From a virus (Duplodnaviria; Caudoviricetes), in IMG/VR virus record IMGVR_UViG_3300048896_000102, positions 1 through 38,539 of that record: a DNA stretch of 38,539 nucleotides. The stretch is one strand, 5' to 3'. A program made the position numbers and the translations under genes. Within the stretch, counting starts at the first letter, position 1. Each line of letters starts with the position of its first letter. Of this stretch, positions 26,466-35,052 are shown one piece after another. The notes beneath the pieces were generated by a model. It made no database searches and was not told where the DNA came from. It was given only the letters and a program-made list of their open reading frames with translations.

Positions 26466-26966
26466 ATGAGTCAAGCCGGAATCACTAGCGTTACAGCTAG
26501 TACACCGACCATCCCTACAAGCTTTGTAACCGACTCCGGGACGGCGATTCCTGCGCTTAACATTTTAAACGTGTTAGGCTCTTCAGGAACCTCAACCGCT
26601 GGAGCTGGAAATACAATCACCATAACCTCTGGCTCAATGGTTACTTGGTCCACAATAACCGCTAACCAGACGCTAGCCGTGAATCATGGCTATATATGTA
26701 TATCTCCCGGAGGGGCTCTATCCTTAGCTTTGCCTGCAGTTTCAACTGTTGGTCAAGTCATAGAATTAACACTTGATGGCGCAACCAGCTTCACGGTCAC
26801 TCAAGGGGCCGGACAGCAAATACGCGAAGGAAATGTCGCTACAACTGCAGGTGTCGGAGGATCTATCGCTTCAACTCAACAAGGTGATTCCTTGCGCATG
26901 GTTTGCAGTGTAGCAAATTTAAAATGGATCATTCTGAGTTCAATGGGAAACATTACGATAGTCTAG
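26466..26966 (+). CDS. Fibre-associated protein, paralog of 27021-27617
   Basis: TWST...NHGY...LALP...GQ...GDS..MVC...W.I..S.GNIT.V domain. Confidence 0.7.
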   Translation: MSQAGITSVTASTPTIPTSFVTDSGTAIPALNILNVLGSSGTSTAGAGNTITITSGSMVTWSTITANQTLAVNHGYICISPGGALSLALPAVSTVGQVIELTLDGATSFTVTQGAGQQIREGNVATTAGVGGSIASTQQGDSLRMVCSVANLKWIILSSMGNITIV

Positions 26967-27020
26967 GACAAAACAATTATAATATACACAGAGCCTTTTG
27001 TGCCTGTGTAGGAGGCGCAT

Positions 27021-27617
27021 ATGGCTACTAATAACGCAATTAATATCAGCTCTTCAGGGCTGTGCAAATACGATGGAGCGGGAACGTTCTCAGGCGTAAC
27101 TACAACTAATCACAGCGTGTTAATTGGTGCGGCAAGTAATGGTATAACATCTCTTGCTTTAACTAACGGACAACTTGCGATCGGAAGCACCGGTGCAGAC
27201 CCTACAGCCGCGACTTTATCGGCTGGAACTGGCGTGTCAATTACGAACGCAGCAGGGTCAATCACAATCAATGCCGCTGGGGGCGGTTTAACCTGGTCCA
27301 CAGTTACAGGAACAACTCAAGCCGCAGCCGTTAATAATGGATATATTGCAAACAATGCAGGCCAAGTAACAGTAACTTTACCTTCTACTTCAGCAGTGGG
27401 TGACGTGGTGGCTGTCACAGGAATAAACAACGCAACAGGTTGGAAAGTGGCACAAAACGCGGGAAACACAATCTTTTTCGGGTCAGCAACAACCACCCCA
27501 GGAACTGGCGGCTCTTTGACTTCGATAGCAACGAGAGATACTGTTTTCCTACTTTGCGTCACCGCAAATGCTGCGTGGAACGTGATCGACAGTATCGGAA
27601 ACCTCACAGTAGTATAA
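27021..27617 (+). CDS. Fibre-associated protein, paralog of 26466-26966
   Basis: TWST...NNGY...VTLP...GD...RDT..LLC...W.V..S.GNLT.V domain. Confidence 0.7.
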   Translation: MATNNAINISSSGLCKYDGAGTFSGVTTTNHSVLIGAASNGITSLALTNGQLAIGSTGADPTAATLSAGTGVSITNAAGSITINAAGGGLTWSTVTGTTQAAAVNNGYIANNAGQVTVTLPSTSAVGDVVAVTGINNATGWKVAQNAGNTIFFGSATTTPGTGGSLTSIATRDTVFLLCVTANAAWNVIDSIGNLTVV

Positions 27618-27626
27618 GGATAAAAA

Positions 27627-29036
27627 ATGGCAACAAATAGTTCGTCAAATATTGTTACAGCCGCATCTGGGAAAGTCCTACAAGGGCAAGGTGTTGGTGT
27701 AGCATCCGCATTTAGCACTGCAACATACCCGGCCACCACAACAATAAATCAATTACTATATTCTAGTTCAGCAAATACCGTCGCTGGTCTTACAACAGCC
27801 AATAGCGCATTTGTAACAACCACGTCTGGGGGTATTCCTCAATGTGCAACAAGCCCATCATGTTCCGGTACAATCACGGCAGGAACTGGAGTTACGGCGA
27901 CCACTGGAAACGTTGCAATCACAGCAGGTAATTTAACTTTACCTAACACTAACTCAGGTGGCTCGCAAGGAACAATTCAGCTTAATTCGCTTCCTTTTAT
28001 GTCGAATTTTGGTACGGCCTCAACATTTTTAGGTAGCGCTGCTGGTAATGCCTCCAACACAGGTTCATATAACACGGGATTAGGATTCAACGCGCTCACA
28101 GCCATAAGTAGCGGTCAGGCCAACACTTGCGTGGGTAGATTAGCTGGCGGTGCTATCAGTACAACCAGTGACAATACGGTTATGGGGAATGCCGCTTTTT
28201 ACGTAGGAACTGGATCTAGAAATACCTTAATAGGCTCTAACGTTGGGTCTGCATTCAACGTATTATCAGGAGCGGACAACGCAGTCATTGGATACAATGG
28301 AGTTACTAGCTTAACAACTGGTACTTTCAACTGCGCCATGGGAACAAATGCGATGTCGAACTTAATTACAGGCTCGTATAACGTCGGATTTGGAAATGCT
28401 GTCGGAAGTGCATATAGTGGAGCAGAATCTAGTAATATTCTCATAAGCAACGCCGGAGTAAATGCCGAGTCTAATGTAATTAGAATCGGAACACAAGGAA
28501 CGGGAAATAGCCAGCAAAACGCATGCTATATTGCCGGTATTGCCGGAGTAACAACGGCTAACACTCAAGTAGTGACTATCAATACTTCAACAGGCCAGCT
28601 TGGAGCTGCCCCTGGTACAGGTGGAATCATAACCGTCACAGGAGCTTTAACCAACGCACAAATCAAAGCGTTACATGGAACACCTGTGGCAGCAATTGCA
28701 GCGCAAGGAGCCGGTAAAGTCATTCAGGTTATTTCCGCATCTGCAAAGATGGTATACGGTGGAACTAACGTATTTACCGCTGGTGCATCCCAAACAATTA
28801 ACCTTTATTACGGAACTACAACTAGTATTGATGTTGTTTTGACTAACGCCGAAATAGTCGCCTCTGCAACACAATTTAACGGTGTTAATGGAATTTCAAC
28901 ATTTGGTGGAGCAAACACAGGTTTTGACAACGTAGCCGTTAACCTATATAACCCAATTGCTACTGAAATCACAGGAAACGCAGCAAATAACAACACCGTC
29001 ACTTGGTCTATTACATATCAAGTAATCGCAATATAG
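27627..29036 (+). CDS. Tail fibre / adhesin-like protein with beta-roll repeats
   Basis: Repeated G-x-x-N-T-x-x-G-x-x-A units (YadA-head-like), ESNVIRIG neck, C-terminal globular domain. Confidence 0.75.
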   Translation: MATNSSSNIVTAASGKVLQGQGVGVASAFSTATYPATTTINQLLYSSSANTVAGLTTANSAFVTTTSGGIPQCATSPSCSGTITAGTGVTATTGNVAITAGNLTLPNTNSGGSQGTIQLNSLPFMSNFGTASTFLGSAAGNASNTGSYNTGLGFNALTAISSGQANTCVGRLAGGAISTTSDNTVMGNAAFYVGTGSRNTLIGSNVGSAFNVLSGADNAVIGYNGVTSLTTGTFNCAMGTNAMSNLITGSYNVGFGNAVGSAYSGAESSNILISNAGVNAESNVIRIGTQGTGNSQQNACYIAGIAGVTTANTQVVTINTSTGQLGAAPGTGGIITVTGALTNAQIKALHGTPVAAIAAQGAGKVIQVISASAKMVYGGTNVFTAGASQTINLYYGTTTSIDVVLTNAEIVASATQFNGVNGISTFGGANTGFDNVAVNLYNPIATEITGNAANNNTVTWSITYQVIAI

Positions 29037-29043
29037 GAGATTT

Positions 29044-29199
29044 ATGGCCAAAGGAAAAGAAGAAAGAAAGATCAAGAAAGTTCTTGGAGAATTCGAACGT
29101 GGAGATTTACATTCAGGGTCTAAAACAGGGCCCGTTGTTAAGTCAAAAGATCAAGCTATAGCCATAGGATATTCAGAAGCTAAAAAGAAAAAGAAATAG
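29044..29199 (+). CDS. DUF6496-like small basic protein (51 aa, not in ORF track)
   Basis: KVLGEFERGDLHSGSKTGPVVKSKDQAIAIGYSEA; AGGAG RBS. Confidence 0.8.
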   Translation: MAKGKEERKIKKVLGEFERGDLHSGSKTGPVVKSKDQAIAIGYSEAKKKKK

Positions 29200-29221
29200 A
29201 CCATTCAAGCCATTTTTTATT

Positions 29222-29257
29222 GCGCCCTATACTCAATGTGTAGGGCGTTTTCATTTT
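29222..29257 (+). terminator. Terminator of the late operon
   Basis: gcgccctatac-tcaat-gtgtagggcgt followed by tttcatttt. Confidence 0.7.
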
Positions 29258-29264
29258 CAAAGTT

Positions 29265-29417
29265 TTATTCTAGTGCTAAGTCTAGATCGGATTCTGATTC
29301 AATCGCCTTCTCGACGGCTCCTTCGGTCCTAATTAGCGTCATCATAAGTCTTGAACAACCCACAAATGTCACAACAGCAAGTAAGAAAATAGTTGATCCG
29401 GCTAGAAAGTGTCTCAT
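29265..29417 (-). CDS. Small putative lipoprotein (50 aa, not in ORF track)
   Basis: MRHFLAGSTIFLLAVVTFVG-C: hydrophobic signal plus lipobox-like FVGC; AAGGA RBS. Confidence 0.55.
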   Translation of the reverse strand: MRHFLAGSTIFLLAVVTFVGCSRLMMTLIRTEGAVEKAIESESDLDLALE

Positions 29418-29418
29418 T

Positions 29419-30051
29419 TTAATCCTTTTTTTTTGTCAGTGAAGTTTTAAATGCATTTAGGAATTCAGGCATACGCTTAAGCGCTTCTCGTTTAACGTCT
29501 TCCACGTCTTTTCCCATGCTTGAAGCGCATTCAGCTAAGAACTTAGCTAACTGCTTCTTGTCCTTGTCTGTGAAATCGGCAGGCAGATACAAATCAAATT
29601 CTAGGCACTTTACAGCCTCATAGACGCTATTTGCGTCATTATCGCTATCATCGCTTGTCTCTAACCCAAACACCTTTAAAAGGCAGTATTTAAGCGCATA
29701 CGAGATCGCTTTGCCTGGGCCTTTATCTCCGTTGTCAATGCCATAGCCAAAGTAGTCTACAACAAAGCAGTCTGAAGGTTGGTCTATAGCCACAAACCCA
29801 ACTTTGAGTTTAACCTCGGTCCTGTTTCCTGCTTGTGTGAATGAGTCTACTGTTGGGATAACAACTATACCATGTTTGACAAGCGGCTTATGAAGCTTAG
29901 CAACCACGGCATCATGACTAGCAAAGCGATATTGACCATTAACTGTGTTAGCTCCCTTAGAAACTTGAGCCACATCAGACATGACAGCATTAATTCGTTG
30001 ATATATGTTCAGCCTTTGCGCGGGCGCGCTTTCTGTTGATGGTTCTTTCAT
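29419..30051 (-). CDS. ERF-family single-strand annealing protein
   Basis: NIYQRI..VM, YRFAS.D.V, KHGI, GYG.D.GDK..GKAISYALKY.L...F; start MKEPS at 30051. Confidence 0.88.
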   Translation of the reverse strand: MKEPSTESAPAQRLNIYQRINAVMSDVAQVSKGANTVNGQYRFASHDAVVAKLHKPLVKHGIVVIPTVDSFTQAGNRTEVKLKVGFVAIDQPSDCFVVDYFGYGIDNGDKGPGKAISYALKYCLLKVFGLETSDDSDNDANSVYEAVKCLEFDLYLPADFTDKDKKQLAKFLAECASSMGKDVEDVKREALKRMPEFLNAFKTSLTKKKD

Positions 30052-30607
30052 TTGTGTCCTTTCCCGGGTTGAAATAATGCCAGCATTCAAGTGCTGACAT
30101 GAAAATGTCGTGTTCGTTTGTTAAGTCATCGTATCGATCAACTCTAGGTGGTGATCCGTCTTTATTCAGATAGACGATCAAGGCTGCATCAACTTCGATT
30201 TTATTTAACCTAAGAAGGAATCGATAGGCAGCCATCTGGAGGGGATACGTCTTTTGTTTCGAGGCGGAAGTCTTTAGATCCACAAGATACGTGAGGCCAT
30301 CATGACCTCGGGCAACAAAATCTAACTGACCAGACAGGAAGATATCCGGGCCTTCTGAAATATATCTCTGTTCAATGATGAGATACTCAGCAATAAATTC
30401 AGTCGACCATTGTTTGAAAGAGGAAATGTATCCATGATATTCTTCGTTTATTAAGTCTCGCGCTATCCATGCGCCTTTAGCCATTCCAGCACATACCGAA
30501 TGTACTGTGGTACCCCTTAGAGCAGCCTTGGCTAAAATGTCCTTGGCAACGTAGTCATAACCTGAGAAAACTTTTAGAACTTCGGTAACTCTTGGTATTT
30601 TCTTCAA
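29990..30607 (-). CDS. PD-(D/E)XK exonuclease
   Basis: PRVTEVL, RGTTVH, E...GQLD, DLKTS, LQMAAY; probable TTG start at 30607 overlapping the upstream stop. Confidence 0.85.
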   Translation of the reverse strand: MKKIPRVTEVLKVFSGYDYVAKDILAKAALRGTTVHSVCAGMAKGAWIARDLINEEYHGYISSFKQWSTEFIAEYLIIEQRYISEGPDIFLSGQLDFVARGHDGLTYLVDLKTSASKQKTYPLQMAAYRFLLRLNKIEVDAALIVYLNKDGSPPRVDRYDDLTNEHDIFMSALECWHYFNPGKDTNERTINRKRARAKAEHISTN

Positions 30608-30735
30608 GGACTCATCATGTAGCCGACGGCACACGCCATGGCAACTCCAACCGTGCAACCTAATACCATGCAGCCAACGAGGATGAAGGCCTTCATCACC
30701 CGCGATGGTTCTTTAATTGTTATTTCTTCTGTCAT
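30604..30735 (-). CDS. Small single-TM protein (43 aa, not in ORF track)
   Basis: MTEEITIKEPSRVMKAFILVGCMVLGCTVGVAMACAVGYMMSP; AGGAGG RBS. Confidence 0.6.
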   Translation of the reverse strand: MTEEITIKEPSRVMKAFILVGCMVLGCTVGVAMACAVGYMMSP

Positions 30736-30792
30736 ACAACCTCCTAGTTAAAATTTGAATTTAACATTATAGGAGATTTTTTAGCAATCTGC

Positions 30793-30822
30793 TTGCAGGA
30801 AAAAACCCACATACCATATGTT
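30793..30822 (+). promoter_or_regulatory. Candidate rightward promoter of the replication operon
   Basis: TTGCAG-18 nt-TATGTT in a divergent intergenic region. Confidence 0.4.
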
Positions 30823-30850
30823 GGATCTTTGAACTAGATGTTGTGTTTAG

Positions 30851-31123
30851 GTGCTAAAGATGCGTGTGAAACTGAAAAAGGTGATAGTCAAAAAACCAAT
30901 GAAATTTTGGTTGTCATTACCTCCAGAATTATATGAAATGCTTCAAAACATGGCCGAGATACATGAAAATATCTCAGGTAAAACAGACGCCTTCGATGAC
31001 TTGGTTAGGTATGCAATACAGTATACCTACGGCGACAATGAACGGATGCGCGAGTGTTACAAACATGTAAGAAGTCTTAGATTCGATAGAGACCTAAAAA
31101 CAAAAAAACTAAAACACGCGTAG
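30851..31123 (+). CDS. Putative RHH-like DNA-binding regulator
   Basis: KFWLSLPPELYEMLQNMA...FDDLVRYAI. Confidence 0.55.
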   Translation: MLKMRVKLKKVIVKKPMKFWLSLPPELYEMLQNMAEIHENISGKTDAFDDLVRYAIQYTYGDNERMRECYKHVRSLRFDRDLKTKKLKHA

Positions 31124-31143
31124 AGACGGCAAAATCTCTACGC
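31118..31143. other. 9-bp hairpin (possible minus-strand terminator)
   Basis: GCGTAGAGA-CGGCAAAA-TCTCTACGC with an A-rich upstream flank. Confidence 0.55.
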
Positions 31144-31207
31144 TAGCATTTCACAAGAAACCTATCACAATTTCTTGCTTTAGACTTAACACACATAGGT
31201 CAGTCTA

Positions 31208-31579
31208 ATGAAATGTGCTATTTTTTTAAAAGGCATTTTCATGGGAAAACGTTCTTCAAATTATATCTATTATGATCGGAAGTATTCTGCTTTCGTCAAT
31301 TTAACTCCTGAAATCATTCAGCGTCTTAAAGATACCTATCCTGGTGTAGATGTAGAACACGAACTCAATAAAATGACCCTTTGGTTAGAATCTAGTGTCG
31401 GCATAAAGAGAGTTGGCAACATTAACTTCATTTCATCGTGGCTCAATCGAGCTTATCGTCAAATTCCCGTATCAATCAAAGAAAAACAAGAACCAAGTAA
31501 TATCAGTAAAGCCTTTAAGAAGTTCGAAAGCCACCTAGACAAGGTGTGGGCCAACTTCGATGAGGTTTTCAGTTTATGA
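31208..31579 (+). CDS. Replication-associated protein (helical replication-protein C-terminal-like domain, possible helicase partner)
   Basis: YPGVDVEHELNKM..WL...FISSWLNRA; coupled to the helicase (ATGA). Confidence 0.6.
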   Translation: MKCAIFLKGIFMGKRSSNYIYYDRKYSAFVNLTPEIIQRLKDTYPGVDVEHELNKMTLWLESSVGIKRVGNINFISSWLNRAYRQIPVSIKEKQEPSNISKAFKKFESHLDKVWANFDEVFSL

Positions 31580-32403
31580 TCGTTGAGGCTGAAAGTTATA
31601 TTATGCCTCTAGGTGATCTACCTGTCAGCTATCGCAGCGAGATCGATAGAGGGTTTAGCACGGGATGGAAGGGCATTGACAAATTCCTTCAAGGTCTGAG
31701 ACGCGGAGAAGTCACAGTTATCACAGCTGATACAGGAGTTGGTAAGACAACCTTTACTACTCAACTCATGGTTAATTGCGCTCAACAAAAGATTGCTGTT
31801 TGGATCAACAGTTGGGAAATGTCTCCGGCTGTAACTATGCGGAAAATAGCCTCGATTATTCTCCGCAAGCAAATGAAAATCCAGTGTTTCAGCGCAGAAG
31901 ACAATTTCAAATTCAACAAATGGAGTCTTGAACATAAAGTATATGTGAACAACAACACTTTAGGTACAGACATTAACACTTTAGGATCGCAACTGCTTAG
32001 AGCTAAGGAACTTGGAGTTGAGTTTGTCATGCTTGATCACCTAGATTATATCGTACGTTCCAGGCGTCAAGAAATGCATGAAGCTATTGAAGAGACAGTT
32101 AAGCGCCTACATGAGCTTGCTGTTGAACTACAAATGCATTTTTTCCTTATCTGTCACATAAAACAGTCTGCAAACTCGTCAGAAGAGGCTGGCCTTCATT
32201 CAATTAAAGGCTCGTCTGCTATTAAACAGTATGCGGACAACATTATTGTACTCTTTCGCTGCTCTCGTACCGACCCACAGGCCGACCCCGACAAAGTCAA
32301 AATTAAAATCGTAAAGAATCGCATGTTTGGACTTGAGGGCAGCACTTTTTTATTTTACCAACCCGATTGGGAAGGTTACGTCCCTTTTAAACCCGAAAGC
32401 TAG
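31576..32403 (+). CDS. SF4 replicative helicase ATPase domain (DnaB / T7 gp4-like)
   Basis: STGW..ID..L.GLRRGE, ADTGVGKTT, SWEM, LDHL, LICH, IKGSSAIKQYADNII, KNR; no primase domain. Confidence 0.92.
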   Translation: MIVEAESYIMPLGDLPVSYRSEIDRGFSTGWKGIDKFLQGLRRGEVTVITADTGVGKTTFTTQLMVNCAQQKIAVWINSWEMSPAVTMRKIASIILRKQMKIQCFSAEDNFKFNKWSLEHKVYVNNNTLGTDINTLGSQLLRAKELGVEFVMLDHLDYIVRSRRQEMHEAIEETVKRLHELAVELQMHFFLICHIKQSANSSEEAGLHSIKGSSAIKQYADNIIVLFRCSRTDPQADPDKVKIKIVKNRMFGLEGSTFLFYQPDWEGYVPFKPES

Positions 32404-32409
32404 GAACCT

Positions 32410-32775
32410 ATGGAAAACAAATTAGACAAATACTTCAAAATTGAAGACTACAAAGCCGTAAACGGAGGAGCCCTTAAAGGTAAATTCACTCTTGTAATCC
32501 AGCCGGGCGATCTTGAGATTCGCGAATGCTGCCACTTTGAGACAGGAGACAAAAGCTGGTTTAACTTAACACAAAAAGAGTCAAAAAACCCTCATCCTGT
32601 TTCAGGAAAAACACAATATTACCCTTTAGCAAAATTCAAGAACGCTACTTTCTGGGCTAGCCTCAAAGAAGAAGTTGAAAAGAAGCTAAAACAAATGAGC
32701 CAAGGAGCACAAAATGCAGTTAATGCCGGGCAGACGAATCTGGTACAAGGGGACGCACAGCCTGTTTGGTTCTGA
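32410..32775 (+). CDS. SpoVG/Whirly-like single-stranded DNA-binding protein
   Basis: LKGKFTL...LEIR......WFNL...YYP..KF pattern; flexible tail ending PVWF. Confidence 0.6.
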   Translation: MENKLDKYFKIEDYKAVNGGALKGKFTLVIQPGDLEIRECCHFETGDKSWFNLTQKESKNPHPVSGKTQYYPLAKFKNATFWASLKEEVEKKLKQMSQGAQNAVNAGQTNLVQGDAQPVWF

Positions 32776-32947
32776 TAACATATTCGATAGCTGGATGACA
32801 ATTCTAGAGTGCATTGAGGAGCTTGCAGCAAAAGAGGCATCTAGACGTCACCAGCAGCAAGTATGGGAAACAGCAAGCAACATAGCCTACGAAATGAAAA
32901 AGACCATCGAGGAATATGAGCCTACGCCAGATAATCAAGCGCGCTAA
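32714..32947 (+). CDS. Hypothetical protein
   Basis: Fills the gap between SSB and the next gene; start uncertain (possibly 32795). Confidence 0.45.
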   Translation: MQLMPGRRIWYKGTHSLFGSDNIFDSWMTILECIEELAAKEASRRHQQQVWETASNIAYEMKKTIEEYEPTPDNQAR

Positions 32948-33596
32948 GCTTTACAAAACTGAAGATAGAAAGAACTGTTTAGAGATTCCTGAGACTCCGA
33001 TGTTATTTTCTATCGAAGAGGAAGCGTATAGAAACACTCCTCCCGAAGAATTAAGGAACATGAAGTTCTACGGAATTCTTAAGAGCTGGTTTGAGTCTTA
33101 CATGGATTGTACGCAACCTGTAGTTGTGAAGGTGATATTTTACATTAAGCCGATGAAGTCCTTTGAGCCTAGCCCTGAAGCTTTAAAGCTAGAGAAATCT
33201 CCGGCAGTATGTGGGCCTGAACTTTGCGATTTCATGCTTTCATTCTTAGAAATGATAAGAGGAACTTTAATCACATGTTGCAGGCAGATCGTAAGAATTG
33301 AGATGGAAAAGTACTACAGCAATAAGCCTAGGACTTTCTTTAAATTGATACCTTGGAGTGAGCACATTGAATTACAGCGTAAAGATACCGCACAAACCGA
33401 TCCCGAAGGCGTCAGTAATAGTAACAAGTCGTCACGCGTACAACCCAAGCGCGCACGAAATGTCGAAAGTACGAAAAAACATACAAAGGCAAATGACGCT
33501 TCTGGGGGTAACGGTAATAAAAAACCCAGTAATGGTAGTGCTGCAACATTACTTCTCAGCCCCGTCAAGGTTCAAAAGCGAAGGATCCCGACTTGA
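32916..33596 (+). CDS. RusA-fold protein, apparently catalytically degenerate
   Basis: PVVVKVIFYIKP...GPELCDFMLSFLEMIRG....CCRQIV....KYYSNKPRT aligns to the RusA core without the PDxDN and DD acidic residues. Confidence 0.55.
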   Translation: MSLRQIIKRAKLYKTEDRKNCLEIPETPMLFSIEEEAYRNTPPEELRNMKFYGILKSWFESYMDCTQPVVVKVIFYIKPMKSFEPSPEALKLEKSPAVCGPELCDFMLSFLEMIRGTLITCCRQIVRIEMEKYYSNKPRTFFKLIPWSEHIELQRKDTAQTDPEGVSNSNKSSRVQPKRARNVESTKKHTKANDASGGNGNKKPSNGSAATLLLSPVKVQKRRIPT

Positions 33597-33861
33597 GCAA
33601 GACGGTTTACCTTACGCTAAAAGGCCTGATTTTGACAATCTTGCGAAGTTGATAAATGACGCGCTGAACGGGGTAGCCTGGCTAGACGACTCACAAATTT
33701 GCAGTTTCTATAGCTGCAAGCTTGTGACAAAAGAACGTGATGGATTCAGTCTCATGCATATCACTGAGCTGCCTAAAACGAAAATGAACTTTGATGAAAT
33801 TGTGGATATACTCGACCAAAACTTAATTTACCCGAAGGACTACCATGGCGTTGCCTACTAA
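33358..33861 (+). CDS. rusA: RusA Holliday junction resolvase
   Basis: KRPDFDNLAKLINDALNGVAWLDDSQI. Confidence 0.92.
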   Translation: MSTLNYSVKIPHKPIPKASVIVTSRHAYNPSAHEMSKVRKNIQRQMTLLGVTVIKNPVMVVLQHYFSAPSRFKSEGSRLEQDGLPYAKRPDFDNLAKLINDALNGVAWLDDSQICSFYSCKLVTKERDGFSLMHITELPKTKMNFDEIVDILDQNLIYPKDYHGVAY

Positions 33862-34063
33862 AGAACAAATGCTTTACTCCCAACTGATGTTCGCCGACTC
33901 GATCATGGATTATATCAATAGCCAGATCGGACACACGAAGCTTGAGACATACCAAATCTATAAACTGACAGGGATTTTGCAATACAACATTAAAGCTCTA
34001 CAACAAGAGATGTCAAAGGAACTATCGAAAGAGGAGCCAAAAATTGGGAGACAATGTTATTAA
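33845..34063 (+). CDS. Hypothetical protein
   Basis: AAGGA RBS; overlaps the rusA end. Confidence 0.55.
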   Translation: MALPTKEQMLYSQLMFADSIMDYINSQIGHTKLETYQIYKLTGILQYNIKALQQEMSKELSKEEPKIGRQCY

Positions 34064-34226
34064 CATGAGTGAAGAAGCTTATGTTGTCTTAGGGATAGAT
34101 GAGAACGAACATGATCAGGTTATTTCTGTTTTTAAAACATTCGGCGATGCCAAGAAGTTTATGATTCACAGCCTTATCACAACGGGCTTTTACGACATTT
34201 GGATTGAAAAACACGCAGTTCAATAA
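34044..34226 (+). CDS. Small hypothetical phage protein
   Basis: AYVV.....E.DQVISVF.T..DAKK...IEKH.V pattern common in small phage proteins. Confidence 0.6.
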   Translation: MGDNVINMSEEAYVVLGIDENEHDQVISVFKTFGDAKKFMIHSLITTGFYDIWIEKHAVQ

Positions 34227-34227
34227 A

Positions 34228-34257
34228 ACCCCTTTCCAACCCTGTGTTGGGAGGGGT
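34228..34257. terminator. GC-rich hairpin ending the replication operon
   Basis: acccctttccaac-cctgt-gttgggaggggt. Confidence 0.5.
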
Positions 34258-34427
34258 ATACTGTTATAAACACATTACCATTCCCTTCACAATATCACTA
34301 AAAGCAATTTCTTTCAACTTCCTTCTACTGAAATCTTAAGATAAAAACAAGAGTTGCATGAGTCAGTGAGAAAGTATATAACCATCATAAAGTTAAAATA
34401 AATCATCTCAAGAACACGGAAAGCTAC

Positions 34428-34715
34428 ATGAAAAAAATGATCGTTGCTTTAAGTTTATGTTTATGCGTTATGGTTGGTTATGCCTTAGCACATGTCCAAG
34501 GTACATTCGGGAAAATAGTTAAAGAACATCAGGAAGCAAGAAAGAAAATTGAGCTATATGAATACAGTAAAGGCGGACCTCTTCGTGATTTAGCGTATCT
34601 TATGGGTCGCGAAGAAGGTATATCGATTGCTCTTAAAATTTTAAGCGATGGCTATCTTGTAAAAGATGAATACAATCCTTTAGAAGAGTCTTTAGGACCA
34701 AGTTTAACTCCATAA
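34428..34715 (+). CDS. Secreted or membrane-anchored hypothetical protein
   Basis: MKKMIVALSLCLCVMVGYALA signal-like N-terminus. Confidence 0.6.
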   Translation: MKKMIVALSLCLCVMVGYALAHVQGTFGKIVKEHQEARKKIELYEYSKGGPLRDLAYLMGREEGISIALKILSDGYLVKDEYNPLEESLGPSLTP

Positions 34716-34725
34716 TGGATGAAAA

Positions 34726-34965
34726 ATGTTTATGTCAGAATGGATTAGCGTTAAAGATAAATTGCCAGAAAATGATGTGGAAGTATTAGTCTTCAACCCA
34801 AAAGACGGAATAACAATCGGTGAATTCGATAGCGACAGAGTTAGTGGGTATGTCGAATCAGATGGATCATATTTTTGCGTTAATAGTGGATGGAGTATAC
34901 AGTATGATTGGGCACCCTACATGAGCCCCACTCACTGGATGCCATTGCCTAAGGAGCCAAAATGA
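34726..34965 (+). CDS. DUF551-domain protein (second copy)
   Basis: EWISVKDKLPE...PTHWMPLPKEP. Confidence 0.88.
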   Translation: MFMSEWISVKDKLPENDVEVLVFNPKDGITIGEFDSDRVSGYVESDGSYFCVNSGWSIQYDWAPYMSPTHWMPLPKEPK

Positions 34966-35052
34966 ACGAAATGAGTTGGAGACTGTCGTAAATACTACGA
35001 AGTCCACAACTCTGCTTTAGTAGGAGACATACATTGTCCTCGAAAAAAAGAC

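Noticed and set aside
22472-29002. Numerous minus-strand ORFs over ejection and fibre genes (e.g. 25494-26111, 27317-27739)
   Set aside because: Antisense shadows caused by biased Thr/Ala/Gly codon usage
25363-29036. Diversity-generating retroelement or invertible tail-fibre cassette
   Set aside because: No reverse transcriptase, no near-identical TR/VR pair, all genes co-oriented, and the paralogy is visible only at protein level
6630-34965. Duplicate DUF551 genes as a novel system
   Set aside because: DUF551 and DUF3310 are common phage accessory genes and the two copies are divergent
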